This document shows, piece after piece, positions 63,102-64,000 of a DNA stretch of 64,000 nucleotides. Every line of letters begins with the position of its first letter. Position 1 is the stretch's first letter. The position numbers and the translations under genes are program-made. The notes below the pieces were generated by a model that was not told where the DNA came from, ran no database searches, and saw only the letters and a list, made by a program, of their open reading frames with translations. The stretch comes from Rhodospirillaceae bacterium (GTDB lineage Bacteria; Pseudomonadota; Alphaproteobacteria; Reyranellales; JAQSWP01), in the NCBI GenBank assembly GCA_040255215.1, contig JBDZUM010000004.1:4093-68092 (forward strand), in the 5' to 3' direction.

Positions 63102-63620
63102 TCAGCCGAACCTTATGTCGGCGGCCTTCCTGAGCTCGGCGAACCGTCCGCCCCAGATAACGTGATGATGGGCGATGATCTGCGGCGCGGTCAGGATTTC
63201 CGTGTCGAAGGTGGTGTGTCCGTCCTCGATCGCCGTCAGCCTGTAGCCCAGCGTCACCGCGTTGCGGATCGTCGATTCCACGCAGTACTGGGTCTGCGCC
63301 CCACAGATCACCAGGTGGTCGACGCCGGCCGCCTGCAGGCGGGCGTGGAAATCGGTGTCGTGGAAGGCGCTCGAGCGGCGCTTGTCGATGATGGTCTCGC
63401 CTTCCTTTGGCGCCACGACCGGGTGATGGAACCAGCCCGGCGCGTTGCGCTCGAAGCCGTTGGGTTCTTCGTGGCGAATGTGGAAGACCGGCACGCCGCC
63501 CTGGCGGGCGCGCTGCAGGACGTTTCCCAGCCGCTCGACCGTCTCCTCCCCGCGATAGAGCTTCTGCGGCATGGCGAACATGCCCTGCTGCAAATCGACG
63601 ATGACCAGCGCCGTCACCAT
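63102..63620 (-). CDS. cysteine hydrolase (isochorismatase family)
   Basis: The ATG at 63620 gives MVTALVIVDLQ. Also RSSAF and ICGAQTQYCVEST. Confidence 0.85.
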   Translation of the reverse strand: MVTALVIVDLQQGMFAMPQKLYRGEETVERLGNVLQRARQGGVPVFHIRHEEPNGFERNAPGWFHHPVVAPKEGETIIDKRRSSAFHDTDFHARLQAAGVDHLVICGAQTQYCVESTIRNAVTLGYRLTAIEDGHTTFDTEILTAPQIIAHHHVIWGGRFAELRKAADIRFG

Positions 63621-64000
63621 GACAATCCCCTCAGGTCGATCATGCCGCCGCGCGGCGCGCACCGCCCCAGATCCCGCACCATGACTGGCGAGAGAGTCCA
63701 TTCGAGGCTGGCGCCGTTCTGCTGGTGGATCATATGGCCGGGAAAGACCCGCCAGCCCTGCGCTTCGTAGAACCCTATGTTCTTGTTCTCGCAGACCAGC
63801 AGCGCGAAATCGACTTGCCGGCGCGACGCCTCTTCGATCGCCGCCTGCAGCAATCGCCGCGCATGGCCCTGCTTCTGATGCGCCGGATGCGTCATCACGC
63901 CGCCGATGCCCGCCAAAAGCACGGGGCGACCGCTGGCCAGGCCCTCGCGGATATAGAGACCGACATGGCTGATCGCCTCGCCGTTCCGTCGCGCCACGAA
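63614..64000 (-). CDS. GNAT family N-acetyltransferase, C-terminal part (5' end beyond the window)
   Basis: GGVMTHPAHQKQGHARRLL acetyl-CoA-binding motif. The frame is still open at position 64000. Confidence 0.8.
   Translation of the reverse strand, partial: FVARRNGEAISHVGLYIREGLASGRPVLLAGIGGVMTHPAHQKQGHARRLLQAAIEEASRRQVDFALLVCENKNIGFYEAQGWRVFPGHMIHQQNGASLEWTLSPVMVRDLGRCAPRGGMIDLRGLSW

Overview
High-GC (roughly 65-68% by eye) chromosomal segment. Its gene content and synteny look alphaproteobacterial: dusB-ntrBC-ntrYX-trkA...hfq-hflX, and tpiA-secG-pyrG-kdsA-eno-ftsB-pdhABC-lpdA-lipA. No database search was run, so every call rests on motifs and family resemblance recognised by reading the supplied translations and the DNA. 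Positions 1-10733 are the accessory part. This is a phage-derived integrative element whose right end is a tyrosine integrase 86 nt from tRNA-Ser(UGA), and it runs off the left edge of the window. It holds one long minus-strand operon with almost no intergenic DNA: excisionase-type HTH, two small ORFs, a RepA/AAA_25-like ATPase, a helically phased nine-copy iteron array, a Terminase_2-type small terminase, nine ORFs of unknown function, the large terminase, and a further ORF missing from the supplied track. The 3.9 kb unknown block between terS and terL, the rep-iteron-terS arrangement and the satellite-like (PICI-like) gene order are the best candidates for something undescribed, but I cannot assign a function from sequence alone. 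Positions 10.8-64 kb are mostly conserved housekeeping genes: cell-wall enzymes, tmk-holB-metG-tatD, mazG, the Ntr two-component cascade, ispDF, lipoate and pyruvate dehydrogenase genes, a TRAP transporter, eno, kdsA, pyrG, secG, tpiA and trpE. Local oddities in this part are a hydroxyquinol-dioxygenase gene broken by an in-frame TGA at a conserved Trp, an hflX N-terminus with no canonical start that is in frame with the hfq stop, an orphan groES, a striking AT-only palindrome upstream of mazG, and small insertions into otherwise conserved synteny. No CRISPR array, rRNA or transposase was seen. Many long antisense ORFs in the track are high-GC artefacts.
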